From: Mobula hypostoma
Taxonomy: Eukaryota
NCBI RefSeq assembly: GCF_963921235.1
Contig: NC_086097.1
Coordinates: 33,792,001 to 33,856,000 of the forward strand
Reading direction: 5' to 3'
Length of the DNA stretch: 64,000 nucleotides
Every line of letters starts with the position of its first letter. Position 1 is the stretch's first letter. The position numbers were made by a program, and so were the translations under genes. Of this stretch, positions 1 through 13,072 are shown piece by piece. The notes beneath the pieces are model-generated. The model was given only the letters and a program-made list of their open reading frames with translations, was not told the origin of the DNA and did no database searches.

Positions 1-1097
1 AACTTCCTTATTCTTCTAGATATAAATACATCAGTTTAAATAACTGCCTCCTCCTGTTACATATTGATGATAATTTGAAGCCTTATTGCCTAAGATTTTG
101 CACACTGAACATCACAGGTAAATTTTCATCTTTGCTGTCCTTATTAAATTCTTATTATTAATATTTATAAGATGTCCTTCCTTATTAATAATATTTATGA
201 AAGATTAGATTGATGCTGCTGCAACCCTCCTGCACACACTCAACTAGTAGAATGGTTCCATTATTAGCCAGAGAAGAAAAAAACGCTTCGATGATGGATG
301 TTTGGCATTGTTACAACTTCTCTATTGTAATTTAACTGAGGTGATAACTTTATATTCCTAGGTATACAAAATACAATGCAAAGTAGTAAATTGCAAGTAC
401 TAATTTGGTTTTAAAATGGGAGCATTGGGCAATTGTTTTTAATGAATACATTATGCAATGGTTTTGTGAGTTAATCTCTGCTCCACTTCTATTCAGTATC
501 CTATGGTCAAGTCTCGTTGTACAACTATGACAAAATACAGGAGAATATTGCTTGCAACTCATAAAAAAAGGTTGCTGGATACATTTGAAAAATAAACTGC
601 TGAATGATATGCCTTCAATCTGTTGTAAGCAATCAGAGTTTAGTTCAGATTAGTGCATTAGGCCGTCTATTCAGTGTCACCAGCCTCTCAAATAAGCAAC
701 CCACATCCCTTATGCTCAGGAGAACTTCCACAAATTTCTACTGATATGGATCTATATGGATTTTTAACACTTCAATAATCTGAGCTGGAACTACAATCAT
801 GAATTTGCATGCACCATCCATTAGCTTTTCAAAGCAACCACAGAAGACGACTGTATATTAATTCCATACGGAATGCAAAAATAGACATTTCACAGATGAG
901 CAAAATCCTTCAACTTCTTGTCTAGTATGGAAATGTCCTCTAGCCTGTGTCCAACTTAAAAACTGAATGTAATTAAATTCAAACCAAGCTCTGTAAGTAG
1001 TTAAGTACATGGAAATGCAATAGAGGAAGGCAAATGCGATGTTAACATTCATTTCGAGCAGACTAGAATATAAAAGCAAGGATGTATAAAAGCAAGG

Positions 1098-3497
1098 CCC
1101 TTCTCCCATCTTCAGCCCTCCTCCTCTTCATGGACACCCCACTCTGGTCTTCTGCCTGCTCTGGATCTCTTTATTGCTAACTGCCGACGGGACATCAACC
1201 GTCTCGACTTCACCACACCTTGTTCCCATTCCAACCTTACTCCTTCCGAACACTCTGCTCTCCACCCTCCGCACTAATCCTAACCTTACTATAAAACCCA
1301 CTGATAAGGGGGTGCTGTTGTAGTCTGGCGTACTGACCTCTACCTTGCCGAGGCACAGCGACAACTCGCGGATACCTCCTCTTATTTACCTCTTGATCAT
1401 GACCCCACTAAGGAGCACCAGGCCATTGTCTCCCATACCATCACCAACTTTATCCGCTCAGGGGATCTCCCATCCACTGCTACCAACCTTATAGTTCACA
1501 CACCCCGCACTTCCCGTTTCTACCTCCTACCCAAGATCCACAAACCTGCCTGCCCAGGTAGACCCATTGTCTCAGCTTGCTCCTGCCCCACCGAACTTAT
1601 TTCTGCATACCTCAACACTGTTTTATCCCCCCTTGTTCAATCCCTTCCCACCTATGTTTGTGACACTTCTCACACTCTGAATCTTTTCAATGATTTTAAG
1701 TTCCCTGGGCCCCACCACTTTATTTTCACCATGGATGTCCAGTCCCTATATACTTCCATCCCCCATCAGGAAGGTCTCAAAGCTCTCCGCTTCTTTTTGG
1801 ATTCCAGACCTAATCAGTTCCCCTCTACCACCACTCTGCTCCATCTAGCGGAATTAGTCCTTACTCTTAATAATTTCTCCTTTGGCTCCTCCCACTTCCT
1901 CCAAACTAAAGGTGTAGCTATGGGCACCCGTATGGGTCCTAGCTATGCCTGCCTTTTTGTTGGCTTTGTGGAACAATCCATGTTCCAAGCCTATACTGGT
2001 ATCTGTCCCCCTCTTTTCCTTCGCTACATCGATGACTGCATTGGCGCTGCTTCCTGCACACATGCTGAGCTCATTGACTTCATTAACTTTGCCTCCAACT
2101 TTCACCCTGCCCTCAAGTTTACCTGGTCCATTTCCGACACCTCCTTCCCCTTTCTTGATCTTTCTGTCTCTGTCTCTGGAGACAGCTTATCCACTGATGT
2201 CTACTATAAGCCTACTGACTCTCACAGCTACCTGGACTATTCCTCTTCCCACCCTGTCTCTTGCAAAAACGCCATCCCCTTCTCGCAATTCCTCCGTCTC
2301 CGCCGCATCTGCTCTCAGGATGAGGCTTTTCATTCCAGGACAAAGGAGGTGTCTTCCTTTTTTAAAGAAAGGGGCTTCCCTTCCTCCACCATCAATTCTG
2401 CTCTCAAATGCATCTCCCCCATTTCATGCACATCTGCTCTCACTCCATCCTCCTGCCACCCCACTAGGAATAGAGTTCCCCTTGTCCTCATCTACCACCC
2501 CACCAGCCTCTGGGTCCAACATATAATTCTCCGTAACTTCCGCCACCTCCAACAGGATCCCACCACTAAGCACATCTTTCCCTCCTCCTCTTTCTGCTTT
2601 CCACAGGGATCGCTCCCTACACAACTCCCTTGTCCATTCGTCCCCCCCATCCCTTCCCACCGATCTCCCTTCCGGCACTTATCCTTGTAAGTGGAACAAG
2701 TGCTACACATGCCCTTACACTTCCTCCCTCACCACCATTCCGGGCCCCAGACAGTCCCAGGTGAGGTGACACTTCACCTGTGAGTCGGCTGGGGTGATAT
2801 AATGCATCCAGTGCTCCCGATGCGGCCTTCTATATATCGGTGAGACCCGACGCAGACTGGGATACCGCTTTGCTGAACACCTACGCTCTGTCTGCCAGAG
2901 AAAGCAATATCTCCCAGTGGCCACACATTTTAATTCCACGTCCCATTCCCATTCTGATATGTCTATCCATGGCCTCTTCTACTATAAAGATGAAGCCACA
3001 CTCAGGTTGGAGGAACAACACCTTATATTCCATCTGGGTAGCCTCCAAACTGATGTAGCCTCCTAACTTCCGTTAATGCTCCTCCTCCCCTTCACACCCC
3101 ATCCCTTATTTATTTTTTAATATATATTTTTATTCTTCCCCCCTTTTTTTTCTCTCTCTCTTTTTTTTCCCTCTGTCCCTCTCACTATAACTCCTTGCCT
3201 GCTCTCTACCCTCTGGGTTCCTCTCCCCCTTCTCTCTCTCCCCAGGCTTCCCATCCCATGATCCTCTCCCTTCTCCAGTCTAGTATCCCCAGCTTTCCAG
3301 CTCTTAGCTTCTTCCCTCCCCCTCGTGTCCTCTCCTATCATTTTGGATCTCCCCCTCCCCCTCCTACTTTCAAATCTCTTACTAACTCTTCCTTCAGTTA
3401 GTCCTGACGAAGGGTCCCGACTCGAAACGTCGACTGTACCTCTTGTTATAGATGCTGCCTGGCCTGCTGTGTTCCACCAGCATTTTCTGTGTGTGTT
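1098..3497 (+). mobile_element. Penelope-like retroelement (RT + GIY-YIG endonuclease; Cys-rich linker suggests Neptune group), 5'-truncated and frameshifted
   Basis: Reading frame open upstream of Met 1731 (RFYLLPKIHK..GRPIVS). RT motifs MDVQSLYTSIP, GVAMGTRMGPSYA, LRYIDD, FLDL. GIY-YIG motif CGLLYIGETRRRLG near 2820. Splits a CR1; GATGTA is repeated at 1081-1086 and 3498-3503. Confidence 0.92.
3400..3435 (+). ncRNA. Minimal type-I hammerhead ribozyme in the PLE 3' end
   Basis: agtc-CTGACGA-a-gggtc-cc-gactc-GAAA-cg-TC-gact. Stem I agtc/gact, stem II gggt(c)/(g)actc, intact core, palindromic ACGT stem III. Predicted cleavage after C3431. Confidence 0.75.
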
Positions 3498-4379
3498 GAT
3501 GTAATGTTGAGGCTTTATAAAGCACTAATGATGCTTCACTTGGAGTACTGTGAGTAGTTTTGGGCCCCTTATATAAGAAAAGATGTACTGACGTTGGAGA
3601 GGGTTCAAAGAAGGTACACAAAAGTGATTCCTGGATTGAAAGGCTTGTCATATGAGGACTGTTGATGGCTCTGGGCCTGTACTCACTGGAATTCTGGAGG
3701 ATGAGGGGTGACCTCATTGAAACCTATTGAATAGTGAAAGGCCTAGATAGAGTGGATGTGGAGAGAAAGTTTCTTATGGTGGGGGAGTTTAAGACCAGAA
3801 GACACAGCCTCAGAATAGAGGCATCCTTTTAGAATGGAGATGAGGAGGAATTTCTTTAGCCAAAGAGTGGTGAATCTATGGAAATCATTGCCACAGGTGG
3901 CTGTGGAGGCCTAATCTTGATTAATCAGGGCATGGAGGGATATGGGGAGAAGGCAGGAGATTGGAGCTGAGAGGGAAAATGGATCAACACGATGAAATGG
4001 TGGAGCAGACTTGATGGGCCAAATGGCCTAATTCTGCTCCTCTCTCTTATGTTTTTATGGTTTAAGTTGCAAAATAATAACAGCAAAATCTTTGTAAGAT
4101 TATTTCTTTCAGACTCTCCAGAAAACAGAATTATCAGAGCAGTGAAAAGTGTAATGAAAGATGAGATGATTCCTGCTATTGTACTTCCAACTTCAATCAC
4201 TACCAGGGTTAAATTAAATATTCTTACAGGGTTAAGTGAAACTGTCAGGTAAATTATATGCTTTTGAGGTAAAGTTATGCAAAGTTATGGAGTGTGAGGA
4301 AGCATACCAGAAGTGACATGTGCAAAAACTTTTGTGACGTGGGTTAGATTAGTGTACTGAATAAACAGATCACTTCTTA

Positions 4380-5985
4380 AAATTTAAAAAAATCATGACA
4401 GAATTCTATATACAGAGGAAGAAAGTGACAAAAAACTTTACATTGATGGTCAGTGCATTCTGTAGTGTAAACTGAAACAAACACAAATACAGCACTATAG
4501 CCACCTCCCCGGTTCTCTGAGGTGATACTCCTTTCACTGTCCTGAGGGCTTTCCCACCCAACTTTGTCCCTGCATGGGCAGTAGCGGAAATAACCTATCC
4601 CACAGAGCCTTAGCATTGGTTGTACAGAGCTTCATGTGTCCCTTAGCACGCATGAGCAGGTTTGCAGCATCCCCTCACAGACCCCTCGCTGAGCTGGAAG
4701 ACCAACAAGTTTCAGGCAGACCAAATGGACGTGACGGCTTTCCGGCAACACTTGATATGCGTCTCAGTGCGTGGCCCCAGGGACGACCTGTGGACCAGAG
4801 ATGAACTGGGGACACAGATCCTCTCATCTGTCTCCACATCCTCTTAGCAAATCCACATTCTGCAAAGCGGTGAGTGACCCTTTCTTCTCCACCGCAGTAC
4901 TCCCGAGGGCAGTGGGGGATGGGTGGGTGGAGGGATGTCATCTGCCGTGGAAAGCTCTGACAAGGCCACGTGAGGTCTTGAAGCTTGTTGGTCAGACCTT
5001 GTGATGAAGCAGTCCTACAGATGGCTTGGACCATTTGTTCAGAGAACAATTCCGCAGAATCTATAGTGTCCTTGTCCCACAGTATCTGCAGTACATTCCA
5101 CGCTGATCACTGCCTATTGGGCTTATGGTCAAAGGTGTTTACTTGGAAGAACTCTTCTACAAACGACAGGGAATGTGGAAACATCCGGCTGACTGGGGCA
5201 CTGCACGGTGCAGGGGCCAGGCCTATCTTCCACAATATCAGGAGCTGGTAGCGATGCTTGACGCCCATGTACTTTGGGACCTCACACTGACTGATGCAGA
5301 AACACATTACGGGGGCCATTAAGATGAGGCAACACTGAGTAGACTTTTGCCCCCATTTCCGTGGGGACTCGTGTGTCACAACTATTTGGACTTGCTCCAG
5401 CTCAACACACCAGATAAGATGGAAGATGTCCTCTGAGGCAGCAGAGCGAGGAACAGATACATCAAGTACGGCAGTCCTGAGAGCATATTGCACCTGATGA
5501 CCAAGTTCTTCCCAGTTATTGACAGAGAACACCATTTTGACATACTCAATGTTTGTTTGAACTTCCCAATCTGCTCCAGTCAATCCTTGTTACATGTTTC
5601 AGCCCCTCCAACCCATATCCCCAACGTGCTCAGCTAGTTGAGCCTGACCCTGAAGGGGACATTGGAGCAGACAGGACAGTTACAAAAGAGCATGGCTTTA
5701 CTCCTGCTGGAGTTGACTCTGACCCCAACACCAACTCAAACTGCTTGCAGGCGCTGATCATTCTGTGAATTGATTGTGGATCCAAGCAGAAGATGGCAAC
5801 ATTGTCCATGTACAGGGAAGTTTTAACATTTGTGCCTCATCGTCTGGCAATGCCACCCCTCTTATGCGCTCGCCCTTCCTGATGGATTCAGCAAAAGATT
5901 CTAGGCAGGACACAAAGTAGACGGGGAAAGTGGATAACCCTGCCTGACTCCAGAGTTGATGGAGAAACCATGTGTCTTTCACCTA
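4380..5985 (-). mobile_element. Tx1/L1-clade LINE, decayed 3' portion of ORF2
   Basis: Minus-strand fragments ESFAESIRKGERIRGVALP, KMVFSVNNWEE, VNTFDHK and the CCHC knuckle CPREYCGGEERVTHRFAECGFAKRMW. Many frameshifts. Confidence 0.75.
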
Positions 5986-6019
5986 TAACTCTGAAGTGTA
6001 CTCATTGCTGCCACTGTTG

Positions 6020-6290
6020 TATTTATTCATTGAGATACAGCGCGGAGTACGCCTTTTTGGCACTTCGAGCCTCACCGCCCAGCAACCCCTGATTTGATCT
6101 GGCCTAACCTCGTAGCAATTTAGAGCCACCAATTAACCTTCCAACCAGTTCATCTTTGGGCTGTGGGAGGAAGCCAGAGCACTCACGGTCACGGGGAGAA
6201 CGTACAAACTCCTTACAGGCAGTGGCGAGAATTGAACTCAGGTTGCTGGTCCTATAAAGCGTTGTGCTAACCACTACACTACCACTCCCC
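6020..6290 (-). mobile_element. tRNA-derived V-domain SINE
   Basis: Minus strand has an A-box-like tagtgtagtggttagc, a B-box-like gagttcaattc, and the V-domain gtttgtacgttctccccgtgacc. Multiple copies in the window. Confidence 0.8.
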
Positions 6291-8239
6291 CACCTCTTCA
6301 GCGGCCGTTGATCACTGTTTCTTTTCATCTGCTTCGCTTTAAGATCAGTATGAATTTCCTTTTCAAGGAAGTGAAGATCACCCACCCAAAATATATAACA
6401 GATATTGAGTGAAACACACAGTGGTATTATGTGTTGATGTTGCGTTAGATACAAGTCTAGATTTGCACTTATACACCCACACTTATCTTGGGCATTCTCC
6501 AGCATCAGGCAAACAGCGCGATTATTTGGGAAGTCGCAAGTGTCAATTGCAAATTCAATGCAGATAACATCAAACACTTAACTGTGTTGACAGTTTGTTA
6601 CCACTTGTTAATCCCCTGTACAGCTTTTAGCAGTGTGAGACAGTCAGTAGTTGTCAATGATGAGCGCTCCTGGAATGTTCTGCAATGCCATGTCTTTGCA
6701 ATTTTCTCTTTGTAAGCTGTTTAGCACTTCTTGTTGGCTCTTCCTCGATCTGATGTGAGTTCATGAGGGACCAGAGAAGACTGCAGGGATTGTAGCAGGA
6801 GATGGGCTTTTCCATCCACTTCGTACTGAAACCTATGCATCTTCTACAATCGCCAAGACTTGCCACATTTTAGCTTTCTGTTTCTGAGGAATCATTATTT
6901 TATTCTAGAGTAGGTTTGAGGCTTGCAAGAAGGCCTTAAAGGATCTCCCACCCACTGGTGTGAGTCCTACTGAAACCTATCATGGTCTTAAAGGGTCTTT
7001 CCCCTTGTTGGCGATTGAATTTAGGCTCTTTCTATTCCTGGAAGCCTAAGACCATAGAGTTGTGAGCCCAGGTGTAACTGCTACTTTATCTAGATCCACT
7101 TATTTTTATCTCACTGCAGCGTGCAGAGCTGGGACTTGAGCACGTGATTTGATTCACATAAAGCTGACGGTGTCTGATAAAGGTTCGGAAACGAGAGAGT
7201 CTCATAGAGGAGGCAAGGAATCAAAGGCAATTTTGACTAGTGAGGCAGATGGGGAGACTTGACTGGCTGCTTTCCTGTGTCACCTTTTACCTGGTGCAAG
7301 AGTAACATCTGACAATAGAACTACACCGAATTACTATCAAGGATTATTTTACATCTACCTTAGAAAAGACATTGGTGGAGATCTGGGGGTGGATTTGCCT
7401 TCTGTTTTATTGTTTTTTCACAAATTTGAACAAAGAAAGAAAATATACTCTTGAAATTATGATGATAAAATGGTAGCGAAGAATGTTTTAAACAAGCATA
7501 TCAACCCATGGGGTTAAAATAATTCCATCAGGATTCCAGTAATTTTGCTAATAGCACCCTTGATTAGTCTGCCAATAAATCTAAGGGATGATTTCCATTA
7601 ACGGAGCCCCTGACATCGCTTTGCAGAGCTAATATCCATCATCATCATCGTCAGACCAAGACAATCAAAGGCAATAATTGTTCAGTGGTGGTACGAAGTG
7701 CCATGTGGTTGTGATATTGTTTCCATACACTAGACTATCACAAATGATCACCGGTAATTTCTCTCAGTGCTGGGCTGCAATTATTGGTTGAAGCTAGTTT
7801 TTTAAAATTAATTTCAAACAAAGGAAATAATTTGACCATCTTCTATCAAAATCCCAAGTGGCTGGACAGTGGAAACATACTGATTTTGGTCATTTGAGAA
7901 TGGGAACTACAGCCTCCAATAAAACCTTGATGCATTGCACTTGAAACACATTGAATAAAATTGATCTGCTTATAGAATCAGTTGCATATTACATGGAAAT
8001 TGGTCATTCAACTCAATTGGTTCCTATTGGAGTTCTCCCTCCATTACACCTAGTCATATTTACACAACCTTTTCCTATATCTCTTCATCCATTGCTTCAA
8101 TTTATTCCATTTAATACTGAATATTGACAGTTTCTAATTATATTATTAACCAGTGAAGGGAGTCCCATATAAATACTGCAGGGTTGGGTAGGACAATTTG
8201 TATAACTTTGGTATTAGTTTTTTTCACCCTTTCATGAAA

Positions 8240-8646
8240 TTGTGGGTTCAGGTTCCACAAATGGAACTGTAAAGGCAGAAGAACGTGCAACAAATGGGGT
8301 AATAGTGGATCAGAATCTGTCACTAAGTTTGAAGAGAGTGGAGGGATGTAAACACTGCACTTTTGGAGTTACCATCATTTAGATGTTATGTATATTGACA
8401 CCACTCTTCCAACCCCTGTCATCTTGGGTAGACTAAAATATCAATGGTGCTGTTTCAAGAGCAGGGGAGTCTGTGATCTTGACCAATATATGTATACCTC
8501 TTTATCAACATTATCACCACAGGATATATAGTCATTCTGCTGTGGGAGTCTATTGTGTGCATCGATTTCCTTGTTCCCACATTTATAACATTGATTATAT
8601 TCATTGGCTCTTCAGCAAGATAGAGTACACTGAAATCTTTCTTTCT
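8240..8646 (+). mobile_element. Ancient Deu-domain SINE (SacSINE1/AmnSINE1-like), decayed
   Basis: Ordered motifs gtgggttcaggttccac, gagcaggggagt, ccaatat, tgctgtgggag, ttcattggct and tail aaatctttctttct follow the Deu-SINE layout as I recall it. Confidence 0.55.
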
Positions 8647-8967
8647 CTATAGCTCACCATGTAGAGATGATTTTTTTCCTGCCCTTGCCTAAATGTATTA
8701 CAGTTCATCTTGTATATATTTCCTTTTTTGTTCAACACTCTGGTACGGGTAGTGTTTGTTTATTTGGTAAAGGTAATATGCAAAGGTCTAATTTGAAGAA
8801 ATGAGAGATATGCTCTGGTAAAGAGATTGGAGACTATGTGCTGTGAAATGTCGTTTTTGAACGTATCTGTTCCTTTTTGACAGTCAGTAATCATAGGACA
8901 AGATAGACTAAAGGCGAAAGTACCACTCATATGCCTGAGATGTCACAAGAGCTTGGGCTCAGCATAT

Positions 8968-10012
8968 CAATGCAGTTACAATGAAGGCACGACAGCGGCT
9001 ATTTTTCATTAGGCGTTTGAGGAGATTTGGTATGTCACCACAGACATTTGAAAATTCCTATAGATGTACCATGGACATCACTGGCTGCATCACGGTCTGG
9101 TATGGGGAGTGGGTGGCTACTGCACAGGATTGAAAAGAAGCTGCAGAAAGTTGTAAACTCAGTCAGCTCCATCATGGGCACCAGCCTCCCCAGCATTGAG
9201 GATATCTTCAAGGAGCAATGCCTCAAAAAGTTGGCATCCATCATTAAGGACCCCCATCACCCAGGACAAGCTCTCTTTTCATTGCTACCCTCATGAAGAA
9301 GGTACAGGAGCCTGAAGGCACACATTCAACGATTCAGGAATAGCTTCTTGCCCTCCGCCATCCAATTTCTGAATGGACATTGAACCCATGAACACTGCCT
9401 CACTACTTTTTTGCACTACTTGTTTAATATAACTATTATTGTGCGCATGCGCTGGTCGTGCATGCAGCCTGTTACCGTTGCTCCGCAAACTCGTTCGTAA
9501 GGCCAGTGATGTTGTGAGGATGGAACTGGACTCTCTCACGGTGGTATCTGAAAAGAGGATGCTGTCCAAGTTGCATGCCATCTTGGTCAATGTCTCCCAT
9601 CCACTACATAATGTACTGGGTGGGCACAGGAGTACATTCAGCCAGAGACTCATCCCACCGAGATGCAACACAGAGCGTCATAGGAAGTCATTCCTGCCTG
9701 TGGCCATCAAACTTTACAACTCCTCCCTTGGAGGGTCAGACACCCTGAGCCAATAGGCTGGTCCTGGACTTATTTTATAATTTACTGGCATAATTTAGAT
9801 ATCACTATTTAACTATTTATGGTTCTATTACTATCTATTATTTATGGTGCAACTGTAACAAAAACCAATTTCAATAAAGTATGACTATGAAAGTATGACT
9901 ACTATGACTATATATAATACAGTTTTTTATTATGTTTTGCAATGTACTGCTGCTGTAAAAAAAACAAATTTCACAACTTACAATATGCTGGTGATGTTTT
10001 GATTCTGAGTTC
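8968..10012 (+). mobile_element. Rex-Babar LINE 3' fragment with a second Rex-Babar fragment (~9485-9910) nested in its 3' UTR
   Basis: Host encodes KKLQKVVNS...IIKDPHHPGQALFSLLPS. Insert encodes HPLHNVL...PRCNTERHRKSFLPVAIKLYN and ends in (tatgac)n; it is nearly identical to the 24657-25328 copy. Confidence 0.8.
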
Positions 10013-11039
10013 TTGCTATGTGGGGTTCCCTCCCCAGATTTTTCCACCCTTCTCTTTTCCTTTTTCAACTTCCCAAAAACCCATTTCTCTACCAAGCCAT
10101 TTGAATCTTTCCTTGCCTGTCTTAGCATCTATTCTTCATTGGAGGTTGGCATTTTTAATGAGGTGTCCTGAGGTACTTACCCCATTATCTTCCAGTTAGC
10201 TTTTGTTCTATTAGGACCTGAAGGGAACTATAGCCCAAGAAGGTCTAGCAATAACAGAAAAGGAGAAGTAAAGGGAAGACAGCCTTAGGAAGAAAAAATA
10301 CACTGTAAACCAAACTTTGTTCATTGCGATGATTAATGAACAGGCTGGCAGTGAATCCTGAACAATAATTCAAGAGCAACATCCCGTATATGTTCATAAA
10401 CCACAATTTTTCACTCGATGGCTCCCTGTTTTATTGTGTAATCAGAAATACTGAGCCACTACAACACAAGCTCAGCTGCAGATAAAAAAGGAATCTCACA
10501 TCAGTGAAAACTACCCCTTTGCAGTGGAGTTTCAAAGGAAAAGATGGATTTAGTCTTCCTAATGTCTGCTTTTCAAGCTAACAGGACCTCCTCCGCCAGT
10601 TGACTACATTTTATAAAAAGATTCAATGCTTCTTTCACTGGCATTTTCATACAATGGCAAAGTGCCGTAAAGGAAAAAGTGATGGTATTTTATACGGATC
10701 AATACTTCTGCAAGGCTAGTTCTGCATGGGTTGTTGTGGTTTTTGCAAAAATGATGGTAGTCTATTGCCTTGTCGCAGACGATTAAGTAAGATTGATTTC
10801 CTGGGCTACATCAGAACTACTATGAGCACATCCAATTATGTAATTCAATACGGATCAAAGCTCTGATCAGCGCACCACTCAGTTGAAAAGCAAAATGCGA
10901 CTCTTGTTTATTCCTATTAGTTAAATTATTTTTAATCATTAATGTTTTCGAAATTGCATTTAACATTCTGACTTAATTTATCAGTATTTCCTTTTAGTTT
11001 TGTTTTTATTGCTTTTAGTAGTTGTGGGATGGATACTAC

Positions 11040-11840
11040 TCTTCATCATCAAGGACCCCCACCTCTCAGGCCATGCTCTCTTCTCACTGCTATCATTGGG
11101 CAGGAGGTACTGAAGCCTTAGGTCCCACACCACCAGGTTCAGGAACGAAGATTACCCAAGAACCATCCTGAACCAGGGCGTGGATAACTTCACTCTCCAA
11201 AGCTCTGAACACTTTCTGCACCCTACAGACTCTTTTACAACTCATGTTCTCAGTACTATTTGCTCGGTTTGCCTTCTTTCACACATTGGTTGTCAGCCAT
11301 TGTTATTGTGGTTTTTCATAGATTCAGTTGTATTTCTTTATAATTTTTGTAAATGCCTGCAAGAAAACAAATCTCAAGGTAGTATATGGTGACATATATG
11401 GTTCCTTAAGGTTGTTACAGACGGGGTGGGAGTATAGTGGGGATAAGGTCCCACTATCTACTAAATGGTCTCAATGGCATGCATCTCAAGCTACTAAGCT
11501 TGGTGGAACCATTTCTACTGACAGAAGAAGGGACAAAGGTGGGTTCCGGGTGCCTTAAAACCAGTCGCTTCAGGCAGACCGGGCTTGAGTTCCTAAGACG
11601 GTCCTATATTGAATTCAATATTGACTGGCAACTCCTGCTGTGCCGCTGGTACCAAACTGTATCGGTCTCCGCTCTTCCTTTGGATCCATCAGCTACGTGG
11701 AGAGGCGACAGCTTTCTCTCCATATTGTACTGCCCTGCCTTGAGCATCGACTGATAACATCAACAGCTAGCACGCAATATCCATGGTTGACCCCACCAAC
11801 GGTGGACCACTGATATGTAATTTGATAATAAATTTACTTA
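11040..11840 (+). mobile_element. Rex-Babar 3' remnant interrupted at ~11401-11812 by an unrelated short repeat (possibly RTE-derived)
   Basis: IIKDPH.SGHALFSLLS.GRRY remnant. The 3' UTR ggtgacatatatg|...|atatgtaatttgataataaattt resumes after the insert, with ATATG repeated. Confidence 0.5.
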
Positions 11841-11845
11841 CTGTT

Positions 11846-13072
11846 ATATAACCATATAACAATTACAGCACGGAAACAGGCCATCTCGGCCCTTCTAGTC
11901 CATGCCAAACTCTTACTCTCACCTAGTCCCACCGACCCGCACTCAGTCCATAACCCTCCATTCCTTTCCTGTCCATATATCTATCCAATTTAACTTTAAA
12001 CGACAACATCGAACCTGCCTCAACCACTTCTGCTGGAAGCTCGTTCCACACAGCTACCACTCTCTGAGTAAAGAAGTTCCCCCTCATGTAACCCCTAAAC
12101 TTTTGCCCTTTAACTCTCAACTCATGTCCTCTTGTTTGAATCTCACCCACTCTCAATGGAAAAAGCCTATCCACGTCAACTCTATCTATCTCCCCTCATA
12201 ATTTTAAATACCTCTATCAAGTCCCCCCTCAACCTTCTACACTCCAAAGAATAAAAACCCAACTTGTTCAACCTTTCTCTGTAACTTAGGTGATGAAACC
12301 CAGGTAACGTTCTAGTAAATCTTCTCTGTACTCTCTCTATTTTGTTGACATCTTTCCTATAATTCGGTGACCAAAACTGTACACAATACTCCAAATTTGG
12401 CCTCACCAATGCCTTGTACAATTTCAACATTACATCCCAACTCCTATACTCAATGCCCTGATTTATAAAGGCCAGCATACTAAAAGCTTTCTTCACCACC
12501 CTATCCACATGAGATTCCACCTTCAGGGACCTATGCACCATTATTCCTGGATCCCTCTGTTCTACTGCATTCTTCAATGTCCTACCATTTACCATGTATG
12601 TCCTATTTTGATTAGTCCTACCAAAATGTAGCACCTCACATTTAGCAGCATTAAACTCCATCTGCCATCTTTCAGCTCACTCTTCTAACTGGCCTAAATC
12701 TCTCTGCAAGCTTTAAAAACCTACTTCATCATCCACAATTCCACCTATCTTAGTATCATCTGCATACTTACTAATCCAATTTACCACCCCATCATCCAGA
12801 TCATTAATGTATATGACAAACAACATTGGACCCAGTACAGATCTCTGAGGCACACCACTAGTCATCGGCCTCCAATCTGACAAACAGTTATCCACCACTA
12901 CTCTCTGGCGTCTCCTATCCAGCCACTGCTAACTCCATTTTACTACTTCAATATTAATACCTAATGATTGAACCTTCCTAACTAACTTTCTGTGTGGAAC
13001 CTTGTCAAAGGCCTTACTGAAGTCCATATAGACAATATCCACTGCTTTACCCTCGTCAACTTTCCTAGTAAC
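11846..13072 (-). mobile_element. CR1 LINE 3' portion
   Basis: ORFs 12713-12898, 12182-12661 and 11923-12174 give SGVPQ.SVLGP, KYADDTKIGG, LYKALVRPNLEYCVQFWSP and LRGDLIEVFKIM. Microsatellite-like tail near 11850. Confidence 0.92.

Larger units (their letters stand above)
1015..4061 (+). mobile_element. CR1 LINE 3' fragment split by the PLE (pieces ~1015-1086 and 3498-4061)
   Basis: Decayed KANAMLxFISxxLEYKSKDV|MLRLYKAL..HLEYCE.FWAPY continues across the PLE. CR1-type 3' UTR (gatgggccaaatggcctaattctgctcct) with a (ttatgg)-like tail. Confidence 0.85.

Noticed and set aside
1731..2690. Domesticated RT gene, retron or telomerase
   Set aside because: Multi-copy, 5'-truncated and frameshifted before the GIY-YIG domain; an ordinary PLE copy.
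6654..6870. Exon of a nested gene
   Set aside because: No recognisable protein similarity or convincing splice-site pair.
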